Shown here piece by piece: positions 19,029 to 27,551 of a stretch of DNA of 48,766 nt; position 1 is the first letter of the stretch, and the number at the start of each line of letters is the position of its first letter. The stretch lies in the NCBI GenBank assembly GCA_051747585.1, contig JBNJGH010000011.1, forward strand, positions 1-48,766, read 5' to 3'. Position numbers and translations under genes: made by a program. This DNA comes from Candidatus Rifleibacteriota bacterium. Its GTDB lineage: Bacteria; Muiribacteriota; Ozemobacteria; Ozemobacterales; Ozemobacteraceae. The notes under the pieces were generated by a model, which was not told where the DNA came from, made no database searches, and saw only the letters and a program-made list of their open reading frames with translations.

Positions 19029-20077
19029 TATTCTTCCTTTTCTGCTAGCAATTTTTCCAGTTTTCTAACTTTCTTGAGCATTTCAGGTAACTTTCGCATG
19101 GCTGCAAGAATACGGCGTTCTTCCTGATGTGGTTTCATAGGAAATCCGGAAACAAAGCTGCCCGGATCAACATCATTGGTCACCACTCCTCTGGCGGCGA
19201 CAACAGAATCTCTGCCCACTCGAACATGCCCAACAGTACCGGTTTGCCCGGCCATAGTAACATTGTCTTCAAGGATTGTGCTTCCTGAAATACCTACCTG
19301 AGCTACAATAGTACAATTTTTTCCAATGACGCAATTATGAGCAATATGCACCATATTATCTATTTTAGTGCCCGCCCCAATGAGGGTAGAGCCCATGGTG
19401 GCCCGGTCTACAGTGACTGAAGCGCCAATTTCCACCCCGTCTTCAATAACAACGTTTCCTACCTGCGGAACCTTTATCTGCTTTCCATCATGATTGGTAA
19501 AGCCAAAACCGTCTGATCCTATAACAGAACCGGCATTAATTATACAATTAGAGCCTACCACTGTGCCGCTGAGGATACGAACTCCCGGATGAATGCGTGT
19601 ATTTGAACCTAATTGGGCTCCGCGGGAAATCAAAGCCTGAGCTTCGATCCAGACACCAGCAGAAATTTTTGCGCCAGATTCAACAACAGCATTAGGACCA
19701 ATTACCGCATCTTCATCAACATCAGCATTTTCACTAACAAAAGCCGTAGGATGAATTTTATAATCAGGGTACTCGACTGGATAAAAAAACTCCAACGCTT
19801 TCACAAGACCATAATAAGAGTTCTTCAGACGAATATTGGGTATAGACAATTCCGGCGCATCTTCTGGGGCAATCACAGCTGCTGCCCGAGACATCTTGAG
19901 GTTTTCCAGATGAAGACTGTAATTTTTTGCTCCCGACAAGAACGTAATATCGTCGGCCTGTGCCACACCAATAGGAGCAATTCCGGCGACTTTCATCTCC
20001 GGGTTTCCGATCAACTTTCCCTCCATAAGCTTTGTAAGCTCAGCAAGAGAAATTCTTTTTTGATTTTCTTTACTCAT
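19028..20077 (-). CDS. lpxD: UDP-3-O-acylglucosamine N-acyltransferase
   Basis: IGSDGFGF, KVPQVGNV, IGASVTVDRA, TKIDNMVHIAHN, VAQVGISGS. Confidence 0.97.
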   Translation of the reverse strand: MSKENQKRISLAELTKLMEGKLIGNPEMKVAGIAPIGVAQADDITFLSGAKNYSLHLENLKMSRAAAVIAPEDAPELSIPNIRLKNSYYGLVKALEFFYPVEYPDYKIHPTAFVSENADVDEDAVIGPNAVVESGAKISAGVWIEAQALISRGAQLGSNTRIHPGVRILSGTVVGSNCIINAGSVIGSDGFGFTNHDGKQIKVPQVGNVVIEDGVEIGASVTVDRATMGSTLIGAGTKIDNMVHIAHNCVIGKNCTIVAQVGISGSTILEDNVTMAGQTGTVGHVRVGRDSVVAARGVVTNDVDPGSFVSGFPMKPHQEERRILAAMRKLPEMLKKVRKLEKLLAEKEE

Positions 20078-20097
20078 CAAGATTTAAAAATAATATT

Positions 20098-20155
20098 TCT
20101 GCTGAAGCAGCCAGGTAAATTTTTTATAAATTTAGACCAGACTACTTCAGCAGAA
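20098..20155. repeat. Intergenic stem-loop between skp and lpxD
   Basis: TTCTGCTGAAG ... CTTCAGCAGAA 11-bp inverted repeat. Confidence 0.55.
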
Positions 20156-20162
20156 TTTTGAC

Positions 20163-20726
20163 TTATTTTCTATTAAGAGCAGCAAGAACTTCATCGGTAA
20201 TATCCTTTACCGACTGTTTGCTGCCATAATAGAAAAATCTTTTTTCGAAAACCGCTTTCATTTTATGTTTTTTGGCAACGGTTTCAATCACTTTGTCTAC
20301 TCTTTCATCAAGAGCTTTAGACAAGTCACCCATCTGCCTTTCTTCGAGCTGATAAAGATCTTTTTGAGACGCTTCAAAAAACTTCTGTAATTCGCCGGTT
20401 TCTCTGGACAACTTCTGCCTTAAATCCTTTAACTCAGGCTCTAGCGCTCTGGCTTCTTTTTCTTTTTTAGCATCACGAAGTTCCTGCATTTTTTTGGCGA
20501 CCTGCACATATTCATCATCGAGTTTTTTTACAGCCTGTTTTCTGCGTTCAAGTTCATTTTGCAAATTAGCTTTTTTGCCTTCCAGAAATTTTTTGGTTTT
20601 CTGGGTTTCTTTATACTTATTAAATATCTGGGCGGCATCAACCACACCAAATTCGGCGGCAAAAGAAACAACAGGACTAATTACCAGGCCTGCAGCAAGA
20701 CAAAGTTTCACAATACTTTTTTTCAT
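20163..20726 (-). CDS. skp: OmpH/Skp periplasmic chaperone
   Basis: Signal peptide, FGVVDAAQIF, long coiled coil, C-terminal DITDEVLAALN; follows bamA. Confidence 0.92.
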   Translation of the reverse strand: MKKSIVKLCLAAGLVISPVVSFAAEFGVVDAAQIFNKYKETQKTKKFLEGKKANLQNELERRKQAVKKLDDEYVQVAKKMQELRDAKKEKEARALEPELKDLRQKLSRETGELQKFFEASQKDLYQLEERQMGDLSKALDERVDKVIETVAKKHKMKAVFEKRFFYYGSKQSVKDITDEVLAALNRK

Positions 20727-20761
20727 CGGATCTGTTCTCCTTATTCTAATCTTTTATTTAT

Positions 20762-22474
20762 TTAGAAAGACGAACCAAAATTAATATAGGTCGTTCCATC
20801 ACTACGATCGGAAGCCTTACCATAATCAAGTGCAACAGGGCCAAGAGGAGTCTGCAATCGAATACCCACACCGAATCCCTGTTTCAAATCAAAATCCATT
20901 CCCTGGCGGTTATAGTCGGTCCCCCAGGCGCTTCCTATGTCGTAGAAAAGAACAGCATCAAAATTCTTGGCAAAATTCTGACGCAACTCAAGGTTTGCAT
21001 AGAAAACTTTGGTTCCCAGAAATTCTCGTTCTTCATAGCCTCTGACAGTATCGCTTCCACCGACCGAAAACATGTCATAAATCGGAACAAAGCCATCGCC
21101 GATTGTAGTCTGCCCGCCAACCCCCTGAAGGGCCACCACAGTTTTACGATTCCGCGAAATTGCATAGTATCTTCTTAAAGCAAGCATGTATTTTGTATAC
21201 TGGTTCGGGCCTTTCAACAAGCCACCGGTAGTTTCAACCCAGAAGGTATCATGCACACCGGCGGTTGGCCTGAATCTATTGTCTCTGGTATCTTTGTCAA
21301 GAATAGCTGCAAAGGTTTGAAGGCGACCGTTAAATATGCCGGCCGGTGCTGTAGCAGTGGAATCGGTTGGCGTAAGATCAACATCTTCGTCTCTGAATTT
21401 AAACGAAAGATCAACATCACGCCTGATCCGGCGGCCCAAAGTAATCGCACCGCCCTTGCGCTCCTCATCATAGTCGGATAATGTATTTCCACTGTCATAA
21501 AGGCTGCGGGTATATTTGGTATTATAAAGATCAATTCCAAAGCTTTGAGGTCTGTCATTCAACCAGGGATCGAAATAACCCAGCTCATAGGTTTGAACTC
21601 CACCAAATTCGGTTTTTAAATAAACTCTTTTGCCTTCACCTTTGAAGTTATTTTGCGACAGATTAACAAAACCTACCAATCCGTTAAGCGAAGAATAGCC
21701 GGCACCCACGCCTGCACGTCCTGTTTTTTGTTCAACAACCTGAATAACAAGAACAATCTCTTCGGGTGTTTTTCCCGGCAGGTGTTCTCTTTTAACTTCT
21801 TCAAAAAAGCCCAGGTTATAAATACGCTGAAGGTCTCTGACTATCTTTTTATTGTTATAAATTTCACCCGTCTCGACACTCAACTCGCGACGAACAACCT
21901 TTTCTTTGGTCTTTCTAAGGCCTTCTATCTTGATTTCAGAAAGAACACCTTCGGTAATTTCGATGTTAATCTTGCTGCCCTGATCTTGAACATAAGCATC
22001 AGAAACTTTAGAAAAAAGGAATCCTTCTTTGGCAAGCGCTTCATTAACATGCTGAATGTCTTGAGTAAGCAGCTTACTATTAAAAACAGAGCCTACTTTG
22101 CTTTCCATAGCATCTTTCAAAAAATCTTTACTTACCTTCGTACTGCCTTTAACGGCGATTTCACCGATAATCGCATTTTCTTCAACCTTGAAAACCACGA
22201 CTTTGCCCTGGCCTTCATTGCGAATTTCAGCCCCAACATAAGAAAAATATCCCATTTCTCCGAGGCGGGCAATTTCTTCCTGAACTTTTTCAGGGTCGAT
22301 AGTGTCGCCTTTTTGCATAGCAAGATTCAACAAAATAATATTGTCTTCAATTAATCTGTTGCCTTCTACTTCAAAGCCAACAATAATATTGCTCTCATAA
22401 GCAACAACACTGGTACTAATGAAAGCCAGTAACACCATGGCCGTTAAAATACTATAAAAATTTGTTCTGTTCAT
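20762..22474 (-). CDS. bamA: Omp85/BamA outer-membrane assembly factor (about 3 POTRA domains)
   Basis: Signal peptide, POTRA signatures (VEGN..I, MGYFS.V, TKEKVVRREL, NLGFFEEV), NFKGEG, DTRDN...PTAG, GGSDTVRGY, TPLGPV.LDYG, C-terminal FGSSF. Confidence 0.95.
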   Translation of the reverse strand: MNRTNFYSILTAMVLLAFISTSVVAYESNIIVGFEVEGNRLIEDNIILLNLAMQKGDTIDPEKVQEEIARLGEMGYFSYVGAEIRNEGQGKVVVFKVEENAIIGEIAVKGSTKVSKDFLKDAMESKVGSVFNSKLLTQDIQHVNEALAKEGFLFSKVSDAYVQDQGSKINIEITEGVLSEIKIEGLRKTKEKVVRRELSVETGEIYNNKKIVRDLQRIYNLGFFEEVKREHLPGKTPEEIVLVIQVVEQKTGRAGVGAGYSSLNGLVGFVNLSQNNFKGEGKRVYLKTEFGGVQTYELGYFDPWLNDRPQSFGIDLYNTKYTRSLYDSGNTLSDYDEERKGGAITLGRRIRRDVDLSFKFRDEDVDLTPTDSTATAPAGIFNGRLQTFAAILDKDTRDNRFRPTAGVHDTFWVETTGGLLKGPNQYTKYMLALRRYYAISRNRKTVVALQGVGGQTTIGDGFVPIYDMFSVGGSDTVRGYEEREFLGTKVFYANLELRQNFAKNFDAVLFYDIGSAWGTDYNRQGMDFDLKQGFGVGIRLQTPLGPVALDYGKASDRSDGTTYINFGSSF

Positions 22475-22503
22475 AGGCTCCTTCGCAGAATAGACTATTC
22501 AAA

Positions 22504-22531
22504 GTATCGGCATAATACTTGGTAGATTTGA
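22504..22531 (-). promoter_or_regulatory. Overlapping sigma28-like promoter upstream of bamA
   Basis: TCAA-N16-GCCGATAC, same spacing as the flgK, flgM and mot promoters. Confidence 0.5.
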
Positions 22532-22540
22532 GCTTGTCAA
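22512..22540 (-). promoter_or_regulatory. Sigma70-type promoter of the bamA-lpx operon
   Basis: TTGACA-N17-TATTAT. Confidence 0.75.
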
Positions 22541-22694
22541 GCAATCCAGCTTCAAACCATCGCTTCATGCCACTCATTCATAGGAAACAATTACCGGAAT
22601 GAGATATTTTTTTTATTTATTTCCGCTACATGTTATTCTAAATCAATTACTAAGTAAAATACTGATTTTTTTTTAAGTAAAACAGGAGGAAAAG

Positions 22695-25277
22695 GTGCCC
22701 AACTGCAACATTTGTAATAAAGAAATCGAAGAAGGATATATCTGCGTAGAATGTGCCAACAAACAACGCAAGCTTCACAACCAGCCTGCCCCAGCAGCAG
22801 GTGGTGCAGCCTCAGCAAAGCCTTCGCCGGGACAAAATGCCAACACTCCTGAACCAGGCAAAGCTCCTCAAAGAGGAGGTAGTTTTTCACTTAATGGATT
22901 TTTAAAAAGCGACGCTCCTCAAGCCACCTTCCAGGGCAGCGCTAATAATCCTCCTGTTGACAGCGAAAAAACTGAAGGCTCCAACCAACAAGAACCGACT
23001 CCTCCACCAGCAAATTCTTCTCCCTCAGTTCCAGAAAAACCCGATCCACGGTTGGCCCCCTCTACTCCTTCCAAGACTCCTTCCAAGACTCCTCCCGATA
23101 TCAGTTCGACTCCGAACCCGGCGACCCAAGCGCCTCAGCAGGACATGTCAGGCAATACTCAAAATTCCGGGCACCCCGCACAGCCATTTAACTTAGATCC
23201 AAATAAAAAACAAACTCCAATAAAAGAAGAGGCTGAAACACCTGTGCATAAAGGCCAACCCCAAACGCCCATTTCTTCGCCTCCTCATCCCCAACAATCC
23301 GCAGGTTTAACTACTCCAGAAGCCTCCGGCAAGCCGGCAGCACCTCCCGTCAATCAGGCTCCGCCTCCTTCTGCCAGGCCAAGCTCAGTACCGAAATCAC
23401 AACCCGCAGCACCCGCCAGCTCCAAACCCCTGACGGGCAATCCGCCACCGCCAACTACAGAATCCGGTTTCTCACTTAAGCGGTCTCTTAAGTCGGGTTC
23501 ACAGCCCCCCACACAACAGTCTTCCGCAAAAACAAAGTCTGCACCACTTGATAAGAGACAAAATAATACCGACGCTCCCCAACCCGACCAACAGGCTACA
23601 AAAAGTCCATTTCCCCTCAAACAGCAATCTCAGCGATCTACAGCTTCACAAAATGATTTTGAAGATGAAGATGAACAGCAGAAAATATTTGACTCGCATG
23701 TAACCGGCTATGGAGATGAAGAACTTGAAATAGCAATTTTATCAGGAATAATGAAAGATAATTTCATTCTTGAAAGTCTTAAAGGCAAAGGACTTATTGC
23801 GGGTTTGTTTTCAACCAGATACTCCAGAGCAATTTTTAGATCACTCGTAGCTCTAAGAGAAGAAAACCCCGAATTATCTAAGCTGGACAAAATTGTCATC
23901 AAAAATAAATTGAGACAACTTAACCTATGGGACAAAACAGTTCAGGATTTCCTGAGCAAGATTCAAGAGGAATTGCCCCCCCCCCTTGACCAATGCCTGC
24001 ATTACCTCAATGTCATGAAAGAGCAGGCTTTAAAACGTAAGCTCAAAGAAATTTCTCATGATATTACCGAATTTATCGATGCCCCGGCACATGATGAAAA
24101 TGAAGATCTTGAAACTTTTACCAGTAAAGTAATTCAAAATGTAAGAAACATACAAAAGGCCCGAACCACTAAGAGAATCAATCTTGTAAGAGAAGAAATA
24201 AAAGATATTGTTGCTGACATGGAACAACGAGAGATTACCGGTGAAATCGATATCATAGGCTACTCTTTTGAACCAATGCATTATCTGAACAAAGCGGTTT
24301 CCGGCTTCAGAAAAGGTTTCATGTATGCCATTGCCGGTGCTCCGCGAAGGGGTAAAACCACTTTTACCCTTGAATTGGCCACAAGAGTTGCCACCCTGAA
24401 CAAGATCCCGGTGTTGTTTTTCACTTACGAGCAAACCAAGAAAAACCTGACTTACAGACTGCTTGCAAAAGAAAGCCGATTAAACCCCGATACCCTGCAA
24501 AGGAAAAGAATCAAATCTGATATGATTGCCGACGCTAAATTTATGGAAGGCTGGAAGCGAATGCAAGACTATATGGATTATTTTTATATTGTCGAGGCAA
24601 CAAAAGAAGAAACGGTAGATCGAATCAGATCTTATGCTTACAATGTAATGCAGGACTTCAATACCGACGATATTATGATATTTGTCGATTATATCCAGAA
24701 AATGCCTTTATCCAAAACCTATATGGATGAAAAATTTAAGGTAGAAGAAATATCGACCGAACTAAAAGGACTCTCGATTGAATTAAATAATCCGATCATG
24801 ACTATCAGCTCGCTGTCAAAAGAAGGCTGTATGGTTGACGCTACTCCGGATGCCGAACGCCCATCCATGTATCACTGCAAAGGCTCGGGAGACCTTGAAT
24901 ATGACCTTGACTGCGCAATGATTCAAGCCAAAGACTGGGGCGACACCAAAGAATTATATCAGCAACTTCAGCATAAAGCACAGGAGCTGGGCAAAGATGG
25001 CACCCGCGTTCCAAAGGTTGATGTAGTTAATCTCTACCTTGACAAAAACAGAGATGCTCCGGAAGGAATATATTCCACAATTCAATATCTGTTTTTTATC
25101 GAAGACAACAAATTCATCGAACTCGGTCCAAAATTTGAAGATGACAGGTTCAGATTCAGTAAAATCGAAGAACTGGTTGATAAGCTCATTGAAGCAAACT
25201 ATATTATCTTTTATGACAAACCCAGAGAATCTTCCTACAATAAAGGCAGAGTTTCAATTAAACTGAAAAATTTCTAG
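22695..25277 (+). CDS. DnaB-like (SF4 helicase family) ATPase with N-terminal Zn ribbon and ~300-aa Pro/Ser/Gln-rich linker
   Basis: CNIC-x9-CVEC at the N terminus; Walker A GAPRRGKT, FFTYEQ (H1a), FVDYIQ (H2), ISSLSK (H3), KGSGDLEYDLD (H4), DKNRD Arg finger; GTG start with SD AGGAGG. Confidence 0.85.
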   Translation: MPNCNICNKEIEEGYICVECANKQRKLHNQPAPAAGGAASAKPSPGQNANTPEPGKAPQRGGSFSLNGFLKSDAPQATFQGSANNPPVDSEKTEGSNQQEPTPPPANSSPSVPEKPDPRLAPSTPSKTPSKTPPDISSTPNPATQAPQQDMSGNTQNSGHPAQPFNLDPNKKQTPIKEEAETPVHKGQPQTPISSPPHPQQSAGLTTPEASGKPAAPPVNQAPPPSARPSSVPKSQPAAPASSKPLTGNPPPPTTESGFSLKRSLKSGSQPPTQQSSAKTKSAPLDKRQNNTDAPQPDQQATKSPFPLKQQSQRSTASQNDFEDEDEQQKIFDSHVTGYGDEELEIAILSGIMKDNFILESLKGKGLIAGLFSTRYSRAIFRSLVALREENPELSKLDKIVIKNKLRQLNLWDKTVQDFLSKIQEELPPPLDQCLHYLNVMKEQALKRKLKEISHDITEFIDAPAHDENEDLETFTSKVIQNVRNIQKARTTKRINLVREEIKDIVADMEQREITGEIDIIGYSFEPMHYLNKAVSGFRKGFMYAIAGAPRRGKTTFTLELATRVATLNKIPVLFFTYEQTKKNLTYRLLAKESRLNPDTLQRKRIKSDMIADAKFMEGWKRMQDYMDYFYIVEATKEETVDRIRSYAYNVMQDFNTDDIMIFVDYIQKMPLSKTYMDEKFKVEEISTELKGLSIELNNPIMTISSLSKEGCMVDATPDAERPSMYHCKGSGDLEYDLDCAMIQAKDWGDTKELYQQLQHKAQELGKDGTRVPKVDVVNLYLDKNRDAPEGIYSTIQYLFFIEDNKFIELGPKFEDDRFRFSKIEELVDKLIEANYIIFYDKPRESSYNKGRVSIKLKNF

Positions 25278-25308
25278 CAGATGATGATTGATACAAACGA
25301 GGCTACAG

Positions 25309-27066
25309 ATGAAATATAACCTGAAAAACTACATAAAAGTGTTTATCTACTGCATTACTCTCACAATACTCAGCATTTACTTTTCCGGATGCTCTGCCGG
25401 TCAGGAAGGACTTTTGCAGATTACACCGCAGCAATACTTTTATTCGGCCAAAGAGCAGCTTGAAACAGTAGATGAACGAGATTACGAAGTGCGAGATCTC
25501 GACGAAATTATAAGAGTTCTGGAAAATGCAGAAAAAGATGCAAGAAAAGGTGAAATCATTGATAAATCAAGACTTTATTTGTGCCTGGCTCACACTTTAA
25601 AAGCACGCAAACAATACCAGAACGCCCTTATGAAGGGTGAGTATATGGCAAACCGCGCGGCTCCATTTTATATAGTCAACACCAAAGATGTAAAAGAAAC
25701 GTTAAGAAATGCAAAAAAATGGTTACGCAAATGTCGAGCTGATTTTAAAACTTCAAGTTTGATACCCGACTTACATTATGTTCGTGGCATGTATTATCTG
25801 CAAAAAATGCTGACACAACATGCACGGGAAAAAAAAGACAGCCTTAAAATATCCATAGAAAGTTTGAGACGGTGCATGGGAATGGCACCTGATTTTGAAG
25901 CGGATTTCAGACTTTTCGGCCGCACTCAGACTCGCCGGGAAGTCCGTCTTAAACTAATCGAAGCTCTTGCGTTTGCCAATCAGCAAACGCAGGCCTACGC
26001 CCTGTTGTCTGATTACAGCTTTGCTCCTATTTCTCCCGTTTCGGGGTCAACCAGCTACCAGGATTTTGCCTGGCATCATATGCATGGTTTTGTGCTGGCC
26101 ACTATGGGTAAATTAAAAAAGGCCGCCGAAATTCTGAACAAATTTAAAATTGTCGCTCCACAGGATTACGCAAATGTTGATGAAGCTTTGTGGATACTGG
26201 AAGGGATTTACGACAAACTTTACCAAAGGACTGACGAACCCAGATGGCAGATGGAAGCAAGAATTGTTGCAGCTCTGCAGAACAAGCTTAAAGGCCCTTT
26301 TTCCGAAGAGAAATATTCTACTTCAGCACATTTATTTCCAAGAACTCTTCCCGGCGATCAAAAATTCTTTTCGGCTGTTATAGATTTTTATAACGGCAAC
26401 TTTGAACAGGCTCTGGAAAATCTGAATGGAATTCGCAATCGTGGAGTAATGTCGAGTCACAATAGAATTTCTTCGCAACTTTTAAGAAGCGAAGCAATGC
26501 TGTATTCCGGCAACCAGATCACAGACGACATTCTGGAAGAACTGATCAGGCTTGCAGACTCAAGAAATCTTACTACCCTACAACGAGAAAAAGCAGGCTT
26601 TCTTCTGGCCAGATACATTCTAGATGAAGACAAAAACTTTTCGAAACGACGGATGGACCATGAAGGTCAGACCTTTGTAAAAAGTATCTGCAACAAGCCC
26701 TGGGTTCTGACCATCGACTATCAGAGAGGCGAAGTTAAGAAAGTTAAAGAACCGCTAAGGTTTAGAGATCCAGAAAAAGAAGAACAACAAGAGGTTGAAC
26801 GCGAGCCAAGCGCATTGATTTGCGAACTATATGCCAATAAGCCAAATGACTGGGTGGTTAGCGCAAATTTATATTTATTTGAAATTCCCCAATTGAGCTT
26901 GCTTGGCAAAGGTCGAACTGTTGGCAGAGAAGAAGAAGATCGGGGTTGGATTTTTAAAGACAAACAAATTGATGCTTTAAGAAGAGGGCGACAATATCTC
27001 GCAGTATTTGAGTTTGATAATTCGGATAGTGAAAAATCTATTCAAGGTGTTTTATTTAAACCCTGA
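25309..27066 (+). CDS. Hypothetical lipoprotein with helical TPR-like repeats
   Basis: ATG at 25309 after GAGG; lipobox FSGC; Tyr/Ala/Leu-patterned helical repeats; beta-rich C terminus. Confidence 0.65.
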   Translation: MKYNLKNYIKVFIYCITLTILSIYFSGCSAGQEGLLQITPQQYFYSAKEQLETVDERDYEVRDLDEIIRVLENAEKDARKGEIIDKSRLYLCLAHTLKARKQYQNALMKGEYMANRAAPFYIVNTKDVKETLRNAKKWLRKCRADFKTSSLIPDLHYVRGMYYLQKMLTQHAREKKDSLKISIESLRRCMGMAPDFEADFRLFGRTQTRREVRLKLIEALAFANQQTQAYALLSDYSFAPISPVSGSTSYQDFAWHHMHGFVLATMGKLKKAAEILNKFKIVAPQDYANVDEALWILEGIYDKLYQRTDEPRWQMEARIVAALQNKLKGPFSEEKYSTSAHLFPRTLPGDQKFFSAVIDFYNGNFEQALENLNGIRNRGVMSSHNRISSQLLRSEAMLYSGNQITDDILEELIRLADSRNLTTLQREKAGFLLARYILDEDKNFSKRRMDHEGQTFVKSICNKPWVLTIDYQRGEVKKVKEPLRFRDPEKEEQQEVEREPSALICELYANKPNDWVVSANLYLFEIPQLSLLGKGRTVGREEEDRGWIFKDKQIDALRRGRQYLAVFEFDNSDSEKSIQGVLFKP

Positions 27067-27087
27067 CCACGAATAATCCTATTTTTT

Positions 27088-27456
27088 CAGCAGTTCTCGG
27101 TCAATCATTATTAGCTGGTTATAAAAAGTTCTGGTTTTATTTCTTTCTGTCAAATATAGAATTTAAACCACTGAGGCCACCGAGGGCACAGAGTTGATTT
27201 TTTAATCTTTTTCAGCCAGGATTTGTCCTGTGGACAAATAGCCGGCGGTTTCACCGCCCGGCTTTTCCTTCTTCAGCAAGCCTTCAGAAAAACACGAGTG
27301 CTTTTCTGAAGGCTTGCTGAAGAACGAAACAATGGCTGAAAAAAATTCTCTGTGTTCTCTGTGCGCTCTGTGGTTATTTTCTTTGTGGCTTTGAGACTCC
27401 GTGTGAGAAATTTTCTTTTCTGAAACCAACTGATAGTCGCATACCGATAATTGCTG
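27088..27456. mobile_element. MITE-like element, copy 1 (369 bp, with nested hairpin cargo)
   Basis: Ends CAGCAGTTCTCGGT / ACCGATAATTGCTG (14-bp imperfect TIR); flanks CTATTTTTT / ATATTTTTT; left arm shared with 42995 and 48670, right ~79 bp shared with 43071-43149. Confidence 0.78.
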
Positions 27457-27551
27457 ATATTTTTTTCGTACATTGCGGGTCGGGCCAAATTTTCTTAAAA
27501 TGAAGAAAGATTAAGATTGAATTTAATAGAAATTTTGGAGGGTAACCTGTA

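Noticed and set aside
19613..20161. 182-aa plus-strand ORF
   Set aside because: Antisense to lpxD; no supporting signals.
21653..22354. 233-aa plus-strand ORF
   Set aside because: Antisense shadow of bamA with no recognisable motifs.
23064..23096. Tandem 12-bp repeat ACTCCTTCCAAG (about 2.7 copies)
   Set aside because: In-frame TPSK duplication in a low-complexity linker; not a CRISPR or regulatory array.
22695..27066. Prophage or plasmid origin of the DnaB-like gene
   Set aside because: No integrase, primase, structural genes or att-like repeats, and no obvious compositional shift by eye.
27422..27450. ACCGATAA in the MITE right end as a sigma28 -10 for the glycine-zipper gene
   Set aside because: No TAAA at the 16-nt spacing; the sequence is explained as part of the TIR.
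27202..27488. Short ORFs with HRAHREHRE / TERTENTE peptides
   Set aside because: They are translations of the 9-bp CACAGAG-type repeat units inside the MITE; no SD or protein-like features.
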